Shown here piece by piece: positions 18,998-27,629 of a stretch of DNA of 64,000 nt (positions within the stretch are counted from its first letter, which is position 1; the number at the start of each line of letters is the position of its first letter). The DNA comes from an uncultured virus (IMG/VR IMGVR_UViG_3300037755_000799) (taxonomy: Duplodnaviria; Heunggongvirae; Uroviricota; Caudoviricetes). Made by a program: the position numbers and the translations under genes. The notes below the pieces were generated by a model. The model was not told where the DNA came from and did no database searches. It saw only the letters and a program-made list of their open reading frames with translations. Where the stretch lies: the IMG/VR virus record IMGVR_UViG_3300037755_000799; one strand, 5' to 3'.

Positions 18998-20758
18998 GTG
19001 AAGATCGACCGCGTCGACATCATCACCGCCATCACCGTCCCCAGCATCGTCTCCGCAGCAGCCCTGACCGCCGACGGCGTCTACGGCACCACCGCAGCCG
19101 CCATCGAGTTCGGCACCGCCCTCGCGGCAGGGAAGCTGTCGTTCGTGTCCTTCGCGAAGAAGTGGCCAGCCTCGCTCGCCTGGGGCAGCCTCGCTCTCGC
19201 CGGCGTCTCCACGCAGGCGTGGCTCACCGGCACGGTCGGCGGGTTCGCCGCCCTGTACGGGTACGCCATCAGCGCGGCCGCCGTGTTCGGGGCGATGGTC
19301 AAGCACCGGCACGACGCCCGCCACGACCAGGTCAAGCTGGACCACGAGTCGGTGAAGCTGAACACCGCGCTTATCCGGCAGCAGATGGCCCACCATGCCC
19401 TGGTTCAGAAGACCGCGCCCGAACCAGTCCAGTCCGGACCGAACCTGACCGGCCGGACCGTGGAAGAAACGCGCCTGCGGACCGTGGTCCATGAACTGTT
19501 CACGGCCGAACTGCCGGGCTGCACCGTGGAACGGACCCGCACCGGCTGGACCGCCGTCCTGGACCTGCCGGTGAACCTGGACCGAAACAAGCTCAAGTCC
19601 GCCTGGCCCAGGGTCGCCTCGGGGATGGGCGTGGCCGGGGAGTTCATGCTGGAAGACGGGGCGCTCACGAACCAGCTCATCGCCCGGTTCATCGACGGCG
19701 ACCCCCTCGAAGCCGTGGTCCCGTACCAGCGGTTCACCGCAGGCCGGTTCACCGACCCGATCACGCTCGGCGTGGACCGGTTCCTGAACCCGGTCACCGT
19801 TGAACTGGCCTACGCCCACGCCCTCGTCGCTGGTTCATCCAAGTTCGGGAAGTCCACCCTGGTTCGGTCCATCGTCCTCCAGCTCGCGGACCGGCCCGAC
19901 ATCGTGGTCTACGGCGTCGACCTCAAACCGGGTGCGCCGGAGATGACGCCGATGCTGCCGATCCTCCAAGATCTCGCGCAGACCCCGGAGCAGGCGCACG
20001 CCTTCCTCGACTGGCTGAAGGCCGAGTTGCAGGAGCGCGGCGAGATCCTCGCCGCCGCTGGTGACCAGGAGTGGGACCCGGTCAAGCACGGTCGGCCTGC
20101 ACTGTGGGCGGTGTTCGACGAGCTGGGCGAGCTGGTCCGGCAGGCCGACGTGGGTGAGTGGAAGAGGGATCCGGCGTCGAAGAAGCTGGAATCTCTGCTC
20201 GCTTTGGCCCGGTTCGCGGGCATTCATCTGATCGCCGCCACCCAGCAGCCGTCCCGGAAAGTCTTCGGCGGGACCACCGACGCCCGCGGCAACTACAGCG
20301 TCCGCATCAGCACGCGCATGGCGGACCGCGACCACCGCCGGTTCATCTTCGGCACCACCCCCGGATGGGAACCCGGCGACCTCGACGCGCCCGGAAAGTT
20401 CCTCCTCCAGTCCCCGGACCACCAGCAGCCGGCCCCGTACAAGGGCATGTGGCTGACGAAGGACGAGTTCACGGCGGAGGTCGCCCGGATCGGCGCGGAT
20501 ACGGTGAAGGCGCCGGTGGGGAAGCGGCTGGTCCTGCCCGTCAGCGGGGGGACGAATCAGGACAAGGTGAGGGCCGCGCTGGCGAAGTACGGGAACTGCA
20601 CACGCCGCGAGCTGGAGGCCGCGACCGGGCTCACGGAGAAGCAGGTACTCGATGCGGCCCGTGCGCTCGGCCCGGAAGTGGAGCGCTGCGCCGACACCCA
20701 GACGTGGCGGATCCTGCCAGCGAAGGCGTGGGAGGCGCAGGCCATAGCGACGCAGTGA
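18998..20758 (+). CDS. traB: TraB-like FtsK/SpoIIIE DNA translocase
   Basis: N-terminal TM region; Walker A GSSKFGKST, DLKPG, Walker B AVFDELGEL, ATQQPS; C-terminal winged-helix-like TRRELEAATGLTEKQV. Confidence 0.8.
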   Translation: MKIDRVDIITAITVPSIVSAAALTADGVYGTTAAAIEFGTALAAGKLSFVSFAKKWPASLAWGSLALAGVSTQAWLTGTVGGFAALYGYAISAAAVFGAMVKHRHDARHDQVKLDHESVKLNTALIRQQMAHHALVQKTAPEPVQSGPNLTGRTVEETRLRTVVHELFTAELPGCTVERTRTGWTAVLDLPVNLDRNKLKSAWPRVASGMGVAGEFMLEDGALTNQLIARFIDGDPLEAVVPYQRFTAGRFTDPITLGVDRFLNPVTVELAYAHALVAGSSKFGKSTLVRSIVLQLADRPDIVVYGVDLKPGAPEMTPMLPILQDLAQTPEQAHAFLDWLKAELQERGEILAAAGDQEWDPVKHGRPALWAVFDELGELVRQADVGEWKRDPASKKLESLLALARFAGIHLIAATQQPSRKVFGGTTDARGNYSVRISTRMADRDHRRFIFGTTPGWEPGDLDAPGKFLLQSPDHQQPAPYKGMWLTKDEFTAEVARIGADTVKAPVGKRLVLPVSGGTNQDKVRAALAKYGNCTRRELEAATGLTEKQVLDAARALGPEVERCADTQTWRILPAKAWEAQAIATQ

Positions 20759-20960
20759 ACGTGCAGGTCAGCGGCCAGTTTCAGGGGGTCGGATAGGGGG
20801 TCGGCTCGGGGCGTGGTCACGGTCGGGTTGAGGGTCGGCCGCTCGCCCCGGGTTCCGACCCCGAACTCCCGGCCGGCCTGCCACACTGAGTCTGCGCGCC
20901 GGGTCACGCCCGGCACCCCCGAGGAGGCCTCGCTGTTCGTCCCCCCGACGGCGAGGCCTT
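20759..20960 (+). repeat. clt-like short repeats downstream of traB
   Basis: GGGGGTCGG x2, GGTCGGG, AGGGTCGG and inverted CCGACCCC. Confidence 0.5.
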
Positions 20961-21031
20961 CGCCTGTTTCCGCCCGCACTGTCGGTGCCGGCCGCTACGA
21001 TCCGGCGCATCATCACGTCCTTGGGGGGACC

Positions 21032-21373
21032 ATGCGCCGTACCGCTACCGTCGTGTTCGCTGTCGTCGCGCTCGCACTCGCGGGCTGCTCCTCGGGCGGT
21101 GAGGATGATCCCCCGAAGACCGTCACGGTCACTGCGTCGCCGTCGTTGTCTGAGGCTGAGGCGCGGCAGGCGTGCGTGGACGAGTGGCTGGTGGTGCTTC
21201 AGGAGACGCCGGATGATGCGCCGGATGTGGAGGATAAGCCTGCCGTGTGCGAGGGGTTGTCGGGGCAGGCGGCGATGTACGCGGAGGCGCTGATGGCGCG
21301 GAATCAGGCGAACCGGGATAAGCATGATGCGTGCACGAGGGACCCCGCATGCACGAGCTGGCCGGCGCCGTAG
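21032..21373 (+). CDS. Lipoprotein
   Basis: MRR + hydrophobic stretch + LAGC lipobox. Confidence 0.85.
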   Translation: MRRTATVVFAVVALALAGCSSGGEDDPPKTVTVTASPSLSEAEARQACVDEWLVVLQETPDDAPDVEDKPAVCEGLSGQAAMYAEALMARNQANRDKHDACTRDPACTSWPAP

Positions 21374-21424
21374 CCGTACACGAGTTGGCCCCGCTCCGGG
21401 AACTGTCCGGGCGCGGGGCCTTCG

Positions 21425-21829
21425 TCATGCGGCGGGTGCGTCGGTTGGTAGGCGCCAGCAGGCGTCCGTGCACGCATCACCATCATGCGGATAGCCCTGC
21501 TGATCGAGGTCGTCGAATTCCGCCGTCCGCATAGCAGCGAGACACCACTCGCCCTTGTCCGTGAGCCACGCCCCGTTCTGGCTCGATCCGTGCTCGATCA
21601 GCCCGGCTCGGTCCATGGCGCCGAGGACGATGTGGTGCGCGCCGGGGATGTTCCCGGTCAAGCTCTCGGCGGTCTTCCAGCGGGAGTCTTCGTAGAGGGG
21701 TGCGAGGCTGAGGAGGTCGCGGATGAGGTCGTAGGCGGCTTCGGGGTTGCCGCATCCGCAGAGGCCGAGTCCTTGGGTGTTGTCGTAGAAGATGACGTAG
21801 AGGTGGGAGAGGACGTCGTCGCGGCTCAC
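21425..21829 (-). CDS. Hypothetical protein
   Basis: GAGGAG RBS; LCGCGNP, LIEHGSS..GAWLTDKG. Confidence 0.75.
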   Translation of the reverse strand: MSRDDVLSHLYVIFYDNTQGLGLCGCGNPEAAYDLIRDLLSLAPLYEDSRWKTAESLTGNIPGAHHIVLGAMDRAGLIEHGSSQNGAWLTDKGEWCLAAMRTAEFDDLDQQGYPHDGDACTDACWRLPTDAPAA

Positions 21830-22098
21830 GTGGTGGTCTCCTCGCCCGGACGCACCGGGCCCGCGCCCCGTCCTTCGTATGTGCAGACGGGGCAGATGCC
21901 CTTGGAGACGCCCGGCTTCCCAGCGGGAATCGAACTCGGCTTGCCGTTGACAGACCTCCACTCGTGGCCGCCCATCTCGTGTCCGCACAGCGAGCACGGG
22001 AGCCAGAAGTACCCGCCAACGAAGGCATACGCCCGATGCACTTGGCGCGGTAGGAGAGAGATCTTGCCGCGCGCTTCGCGGAGCTGGATAAGGCTCAT
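21826..22098 (-). CDS. Cys-containing hypothetical protein
   Basis: GYFWLPCSLCG...ICPVC; GAGGAG RBS. Confidence 0.7.
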   Translation of the reverse strand: MSLIQLREARGKISLLPRQVHRAYAFVGGYFWLPCSLCGHEMGGHEWRSVNGKPSSIPAGKPGVSKGICPVCTYEGRGAGPVRPGEETTT

Positions 22099-22117
22099 GT
22101 GCTCGTCTCCTCGCTGC

Positions 22118-22549
22118 TCACCAGGCGCGCCGTGGCACGTCGCTGTCTGACGCCATCCGTCGCCGCCGCTCATCGGCCTCATCCTGCTCCCGCATCCACG
22201 CGGCTTCCTTCTGCCGCTCAGCCGCGATGAACTCCGGCACACCAGGCAACGACTGAAACCCCGGGTCGGAGAACACCGGCACCAGGCCGCCGCACTGCAC
22301 GGGGCCGTTCATGAAGTACAGCTGGTTGTGCCCGATGTCGCCGCGCGCGTAGTCGATTCCGTCAGGCACGATGATGTGCACCGCGTTCGCCCCGCACTCC
22401 CCGCCGAGCGTGAAGTCGCGGGTGGCGGTGAGCCACGTCCACCGGGACCACGGGTAGTCGTAGGCGTGCGTGGGTGGCCGGCAGGGCGTGAGCCAGGCGC
22501 GTAGCCAGGTCAGGTATTCGTCGATGGTGGCGGGGCGTAGGGCGCTCAT
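22118..22549 (-). CDS. Hypothetical protein
   Basis: ATGA overlap; GAGGAG RBS. Confidence 0.75.
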   Translation of the reverse strand: MSALRPATIDEYLTWLRAWLTPCRPPTHAYDYPWSRWTWLTATRDFTLGGECGANAVHIIVPDGIDYARGDIGHNQLYFMNGPVQCGGLVPVFSDPGFQSLPGVPEFIAAERQKEAAWMREQDEADERRRRMASDSDVPRRAW

Positions 22550-22785
22550 CCGGTCTGCTCCTCGCCGGTCGTCGGGCGCGGCCGGAACGCGGCGAGCAGG
22601 GACCTGCCCATCGCTTCCAACTGCGGGCGCAGCGCTTCACCCATACCCTCCACGCCCGCCATGACGTGCTGCTCGAACGGCGAGAGCGGACGCCCCGAAC
22701 CGTCCGGCAGTGGAGGGGTCTCGTCGTCGTGGCGCTCGATCTGGTGACGGGCGCGGGTCGGGTTGGGGTACGGGCGGTAGCTCAT
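22546..22785 (-). CDS. Hypothetical protein
   Basis: MSYRPYPN start; coupled. Confidence 0.7.
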   Translation of the reverse strand: MSYRPYPNPTRARHQIERHDDETPPLPDGSGRPLSPFEQHVMAGVEGMGEALRPQLEAMGRSLLAAFRPRPTTGEEQTG

Positions 22786-23279
22786 GTGCTCGTCTCCTCG
22801 CTGCTCACCGGACGCGCCGGCAGGGCTTTGCGTAGTTCCTCGATCAGCGCGCGCGTGACGTGCCCGCGCCGCGCCTGATCGGCCCGTGACCGCTTTGCGG
22901 CACCGAGCCGGGCATCGCGTTCAGCCGTGAGGCCGCGCCCCCAAAGCTGCCGTGCCTTGGTGTCCACGTCCACGGGATCGGCGTTCAGACGCTGTGCTGC
23001 CTTCACCGTCGCCTCGTCCGGGCCAGCCTTCACCGGGCTCTGCGTCGGGAGGCCGCTCAGCAGTTCCTCCAACTGGACGCCAAGCACGTACGGCAGCACC
23101 ACCAGTTCGTGAGCCTTGACGCTGCGTTGGCCGTTCTCTGTGACGCCCACGCTCACGCGGCTGGTGGCCACGCCGTACTGCGCGAGCCGATGGGCGACCT
23201 CTTCATGGGTGAGCCCTTGCTTCTGCCGAAGCTCGCGGATACGGCGGCCGAGGGCAGCGTCGAAGGTGCGCTTGCTCAT
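22782..23279 (-). CDS. XRE-family HTH regulator
   Basis: LGRRIRELRQKQGLTHEEVA...ENGQRSV. Confidence 0.85.
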   Translation of the reverse strand: MSKRTFDAALGRRIRELRQKQGLTHEEVAHRLAQYGVATSRVSVGVTENGQRSVKAHELVVLPYVLGVQLEELLSGLPTQSPVKAGPDEATVKAAQRLNADPVDVDTKARQLWGRGLTAERDARLGAAKRSRADQARRGHVTRALIEELRKALPARPVSSEETST

Positions 23280-24031
23280 GAGCCGTGTCCCTCGTCGCTC
23301 GCTGGCCCGTACACCTCGTCGTGCTTCAACAGCTCCATGTCCAGGGCCGTGTGCATGACTGCGAAGTCCTTGGACCCGTCCGCCGCCATCTCGGCGACCT
23401 GGTCCAGCTTCTTCAACTGCATCTCGGTAGCCATGGACCGGGCGCGCGCAGCGAACTCCGCCGCCTCCTCCTCGGTCACCGGACGGTCGACGGGATCGGC
23501 CGTCGACGGTTCGGCGAGCTCCGGAATCTTGAAGCCCTTCTGATGTCCCAGCTCCACGATCACAAGGTCAAAGTCCGGCCCACGCAGGTGCGGATACTCC
23601 TGCCGGATCTCCTCCACCCAATCCGGGTACCGGTCTCCGGCACGCTCGGCCAGCTCTCTTACGCGCTCGTAGGGCAGCGCCGCGACCCTCGGAGAGATAG
23701 TCGGCACAGGCCTCCGTACGGCTTGGGCGACCTGCTGGCGAGGCTTGGCGGCGGGACTCAGCTCCTTGGCCGCCTTCGCCCGGCTGACGACGGTGGCCTC
23801 CCGCAAGGGAGGAACTCCAGCGGCCTTGGCGATGCGGCCGACGTGCTGTCGCTCGAACGGGCTGAGCTTGGTGACCTCGGAGGGGCCAAGGGTGCGCGCC
23901 ATGAGGATGGCGGCGATCTCGTCAGCCACTTCCTTGCGGACCTCCTCCAGTTGGCTCTCCGCCTTCTCGTAGCGGCCTGTGAGCTTGGCGAGCCGCTCGC
24001 GTGCTGATTGCTTGTCTTCTTCGGTGGCCAT
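23276..24031 (-). CDS. HTH-containing regulator
   Basis: GPSEVTKLSPFERQHVGRIAKAAGV; -10-like CATCAT 6 nt before ATG (likely leaderless). Confidence 0.7.
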   Translation of the reverse strand: MATEEDKQSARERLAKLTGRYEKAESQLEEVRKEVADEIAAILMARTLGPSEVTKLSPFERQHVGRIAKAAGVPPLREATVVSRAKAAKELSPAAKPRQQVAQAVRRPVPTISPRVAALPYERVRELAERAGDRYPDWVEEIRQEYPHLRGPDFDLVIVELGHQKGFKIPELAEPSTADPVDRPVTEEEAAEFAARARSMATEMQLKKLDQVAEMAADGSKDFAVMHTALDMELLKHDEVYGPASDEGHGS

Positions 24032-24116
24032 GACTCGATGATGCCACAAGGGGAGGCACCTTGAAGAGACCTCCTTAAGTCGTATCCCTTGTAGGCAATC
24101 CCGCGATTCCTCTTGC

Positions 24117-24139
24117 AGTTGCATCCTCGTGATGCAACT
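24117..24139. promoter_or_regulatory. Palindromic operator in divergent promoter
   Basis: AGTTGCATC-ctcgt-GATGCAACT. Confidence 0.75.
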
Positions 24140-24175
24140 ATGGAGTCATCGCAAGGAACGAACGAGGGGGACCAC

Positions 24176-24559
24176 GTGAACGCCAAGACCCGCACCCGCC
24201 GCAACACCCTCCACGCCGCAGCCGCCACCGCGAAGGCCCTCGGCTACCGCACCCTCTCCGGCCACATCGCCGCAGCCGTCGAGCAGGGCCGGCTCGTCAA
24301 GACCGGGGACTTCCTCCAGCGCATCGGCGGCGGAGACCTGAAGGACGGCCAGAAGGCATGGTTCGGCCGGCACGTCGCCAAGGCCTACCGGGCGCAGCAC
24401 GGCGGCGACACCGTCCGCGTCTGGACCCAGCACCGCACCACCGGCAAATGGATCCACGTCTACGCCTACGGGGTCGTCGACGACGCCCTGTACGAGGGCC
24501 TGTTCGCCTACAAGGGCACGCAGCACCTCCTCGCCGCCAACTTCACGGAGGCTGCCTGA
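24176..24559 (+). CDS. Hypothetical protein (possibly DNA-binding)
   Basis: GAGGGG RBS; FGRHVAKAYRAQHG...VYAY. Confidence 0.7.
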   Translation: MNAKTRTRRNTLHAAAATAKALGYRTLSGHIAAAVEQGRLVKTGDFLQRIGGGDLKDGQKAWFGRHVAKAYRAQHGGDTVRVWTQHRTTGKWIHVYAYGVVDDALYEGLFAYKGTQHLLAANFTEAA

Positions 24560-24617
24560 GACCAACTCCACGGCGCAGCAGACGACCCAGGCCAGCACGG
24601 CCCGCAAGGAGACCCCG

Positions 24618-25004
24618 ATGACCACCCCCACCCAAACCCGCCAAACCCGCCACGCCCTCACCGCCCTCACCCACACCACCCCCAGCCGCCGCCGCGCCAT
24701 CCAGGCCGCCGCCGACAACTACCTCTCCCAGATCGACCGCCGCCGCCTCCCCGTCGGCTACAACCAGCCGATCCTCAACGACCGCAGCAACCGGGCCGAC
24801 GCCTACCGCATGCGCCAGGGCGACACCTTCGCCCGCATGCTCGGTATCGCCTGCCACCCCGCCGACGAGCACCTGCCCGACACCGCACGCGCCGTCCTCG
24901 CCGCGATCGATGCCCCCGTGCGCGAGCTCACCGCAGCGGCCTACGCCAGCGGACAGCCGGTCCTCGTCGCCGTCCTCTGGCTCGCCACCGCCCCCGCCGC
25001 CTGA
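24618..25004 (+). CDS. Hypothetical protein
   Basis: AAGGAG RBS. Confidence 0.75.
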   Translation: MTTPTQTRQTRHALTALTHTTPSRRRAIQAAADNYLSQIDRRRLPVGYNQPILNDRSNRADAYRMRQGDTFARMLGIACHPADEHLPDTARAVLAAIDAPVRELTAAAYASGQPVLVAVLWLATAPAA

Positions 25005-25016
25005 GGAGCCCCGCTC

Positions 25017-25220
25017 GTGCTCACCTACCCGTACACCGAGGGCCAGCCCGTCACCTACCACGGCAGCATCACCCACCAGCGCGGACGCACCTACCGGGCG
25101 TGGCTCTGCTCCTGCCGCCGCGCCCACGCCATCGACCAACCCCGCTTCAAACTCACCGACCCCGACACCGGCCGCACCGCGGCATGGCACGTCCGACCCA
25201 CGTCACTCACCCCCACCTGA
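25017..25220 (+). CDS. Small hypothetical protein
   Basis: GAGGAG RBS; VTYHGSIT, CSCRR, HVRPTSL. Confidence 0.7.
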   Translation: MLTYPYTEGQPVTYHGSITHQRGRTYRAWLCSCRRAHAIDQPRFKLTDPDTGRTAAWHVRPTSLTPT

Positions 25221-25238
25221 ACCCGAAGGAGAATCCCC

Positions 25239-25721
25239 GTGGACTTCCACACCGCCCTCAACCAGGTCATCGCCGAACTCACCCCCCAGCCCTGGGACTA
25301 CACCAGCGTCGACGGCACGACCCTCACCGTCATCCCCGCCGGCCTCGGCCACGCCGAACCCGGCGCCGCCGAGGTGTACCTGCGGGTCACCCGAAACAAG
25401 ACCCACGCCGCCGAAGCCGCCATCACCACCACCGACCTGCCCGCGCTCATCACCGCACTGAGCGCGCCAGTGACCGGACACTGGGAGCACGCGGCGCACT
25501 GGCCGGACGGCACCGAGAAGGGACGCATCGGCACGTGGCTGGGTGACCTGTACGGGCTGGCTCTCAACCCGATGCAGGACGGGTTTTCCCTGACCGCGAT
25601 GGAGGACGACGGGCACGGCGGCATCACGGCGGCGTCGATCACCGTGCCGGAGCAGCAGCGCCTGCCGCTCGCGTCCGCACTCCGCCGCGCCCTGGACGTC
25701 GCCCAAGGCTGGGAGAGCTGA
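25239..25721 (+). CDS. Hypothetical protein
   Basis: AAGGAG RBS. Confidence 0.75.
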   Translation: MDFHTALNQVIAELTPQPWDYTSVDGTTLTVIPAGLGHAEPGAAEVYLRVTRNKTHAAEAAITTTDLPALITALSAPVTGHWEHAAHWPDGTEKGRIGTWLGDLYGLALNPMQDGFSLTAMEDDGHGGITAASITVPEQQRLPLASALRRALDVAQGWES

Positions 25722-25798
25722 GCCCACACCATCGGGCGGCCCGCACCCGCCGCACCGCCCTACGCTGAACCCGCCGCCACACCACCAGGAGAACCCCC

Positions 25799-26293
25799 AT
25801 GGGCTACGACATGCACATCGTCCAGGAAGCCGACCAGGCCGAACTCGCTGCCGTTGCCGCAGCCGAAGCACACATCGCCACCCTGACCCGCCCGCTCGAC
25901 GCAGGCGAAGGCCAGCAAGAAGCCGCCGCACGCGCCTGGGATGACGCGTTTGAGGTCCTTTACAAGGCCAGGCGCTCATACTTCCGCTTCAACACTCGCG
26001 GCATGTCCTACTACCGCCGATGCATGGACGACCTCGGCATGCTCAGCCACGAACCGGAAGGTGACACCGACGCCGAGCCTCAGCCCGTCCTCGGTATCCC
26101 GCGCCACAAGTTCTCCTCGAATGACGGCTGGCTCGTCACCCCCGCCCAGATCGCCGCCGCCCTCGACATCTACCGCAGCCGCACCGCAGAAGAGGTAGCC
26201 GCAGTGATGGAACCGAAAGACCGCGACATCTGGGGTAAGTGGATCGACTTTCTCGACTACGCCAAGGACCGTGGCGGCTTCCGCGTCTGGTAG
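25799..26293 (+). CDS. Hypothetical protein
   Basis: MGYDM start; SNDGWLVTP, GGFRVW end. Confidence 0.8.
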   Translation: MGYDMHIVQEADQAELAAVAAAEAHIATLTRPLDAGEGQQEAAARAWDDAFEVLYKARRSYFRFNTRGMSYYRRCMDDLGMLSHEPEGDTDAEPQPVLGIPRHKFSSNDGWLVTPAQIAAALDIYRSRTAEEVAAVMEPKDRDIWGKWIDFLDYAKDRGGFRVW

Positions 26294-26507
26294 CCGCCGA
26301 ACCGACCCACCTGACCCCGCGCATGACGAAGGCCCGCCCCCGACGCCCATCGGGAGCGGGTCCTTTCGTTTTCACCGTCCTCGATCTGCCGCACGAGCAG
26401 CGCGTTGCAGCACTGGAGGCGGCGCAGGGGCGCTTACTGGAAGCGAGTTGACGGTGCCTCATGGGAAACTGGAGGCCCACATTCCGGTCTGGTCAAAGGA
26501 GACCCCC

Positions 26508-26819
26508 GTGATAAAGGTCTGCACCACCCTCGAATCCGGCGCCGAAGTCTGCACCACCATCGACCTCGCCCACGACGCCGCATCCCGCGCCTACACCACA
26601 CGCCTCGGCAACGGCACCGACACGTCGTTCACCCTCACCCACAACCTCGACTCCCTCGACATCCTCCCCATCGTGCGAGACGTAGCCAACGGCGACCTCA
26701 CCGGCAGCCAGCCGACGGTGACCGCCGCCGACGCCAATACCGCCCACGTGGACTTCGACGCCGCGCCCACGCAGGGCCAGTTCCAGGTGACGCTCCTCGC
26801 GGTCACCCCGTCCGTCTGA
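26508..26819 (+). CDS. Small beta-rich protein resembling virion fibre domains
   Basis: AAGGAG RBS; GNGTDTSFTLTHNL. Confidence 0.7.
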   Translation: MIKVCTTLESGAEVCTTIDLAHDAASRAYTTRLGNGTDTSFTLTHNLDSLDILPIVRDVANGDLTGSQPTVTAADANTAHVDFDAAPTQGQFQVTLLAVTPSV

Positions 26820-27003
26820 CGCGCACACCGGGGCGGCAGTCACTCTCCTCGGCTGCCGCCCTCGCCTGAGCCCGCGCATGACGAAGGCCCGCCCTGGACG
26901 CCCACCCAGGACGGGCCTTCGCTGCGAGCAACCCCGGACCATCAGTTGCACGCCGCCGTTACCATCAAACCACGATCACACGGTAACAAGGGAGGCGGGC
27001 ACC

Positions 27004-27501
27004 ATGGCCAAAGGCAACCCCAACCAAAACGCCCGCAGCGGCAAAGGCCAATACATCCGCACCCCCGAAACCGCCAAGCGCGACGCCCAAGCCGCCGAAC
27101 TCCGCGCCCAAGGCCGGACCTTCGAACAGATCGCCAACGAACTCGGCTACAGCGACAAGAGCGACGCCCGCACCGCCATCCGCCGAGCCCTCCGCGAAAT
27201 CGTCCAAGGCCCTGCCGAGAAACTCCTCGCCCTCCACATGGAACGCCTGGAAACCCTCTACGAGGCCGCCCTCGAAGTCCTTGAAGCGGACCACGTCGTT
27301 GTCTCCCACGGCAGGATCATCACTGGCGAGGACGGCCAGCCGCTGAAGGACAACGGGCCGAAGCTCGCCGCGATCCGCGAAGCGCGGCAGACCCTTGACG
27401 CCTTCTGGAACCTGACCGGGATGAAGCAGCCGGCCAAGGTGCAGGTGTCCGGGAGCGTCAAGTACGAGGTCGTCGGGGTCGACCCGTCGGACCTCGTGTG
27501 A
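27004..27501 (+). CDS. terS: Terminase small subunit
   Basis: N-terminal HTH (TFEQIANELGY); upstream of TerL. Confidence 0.75.
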   Translation: MAKGNPNQNARSGKGQYIRTPETAKRDAQAAELRAQGRTFEQIANELGYSDKSDARTAIRRALREIVQGPAEKLLALHMERLETLYEAALEVLEADHVVVSHGRIITGEDGQPLKDNGPKLAAIREARQTLDAFWNLTGMKQPAKVQVSGSVKYEVVGVDPSDLV

Positions 27502-27629
27502 ACCGCCAACACCCGCCGCACGCAAGACGGTTGAGCTGCGGAAACGGTAGAATCAGCAGCAACAGAGGACCCCGGCGAGTGCGTCAACACTCCCGGGGCA
27601 TGGAGACCACCTATGTGAGAGGTGACCTC

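Larger units (their letters stand above)
22093..22819. repeat. 30-bp perfect direct repeat pair
   Basis: GCTCATGTGCTCGTCTCCTCGCTGCTCACC at 22093-22122 and 22780-22809. Confidence 0.9.
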
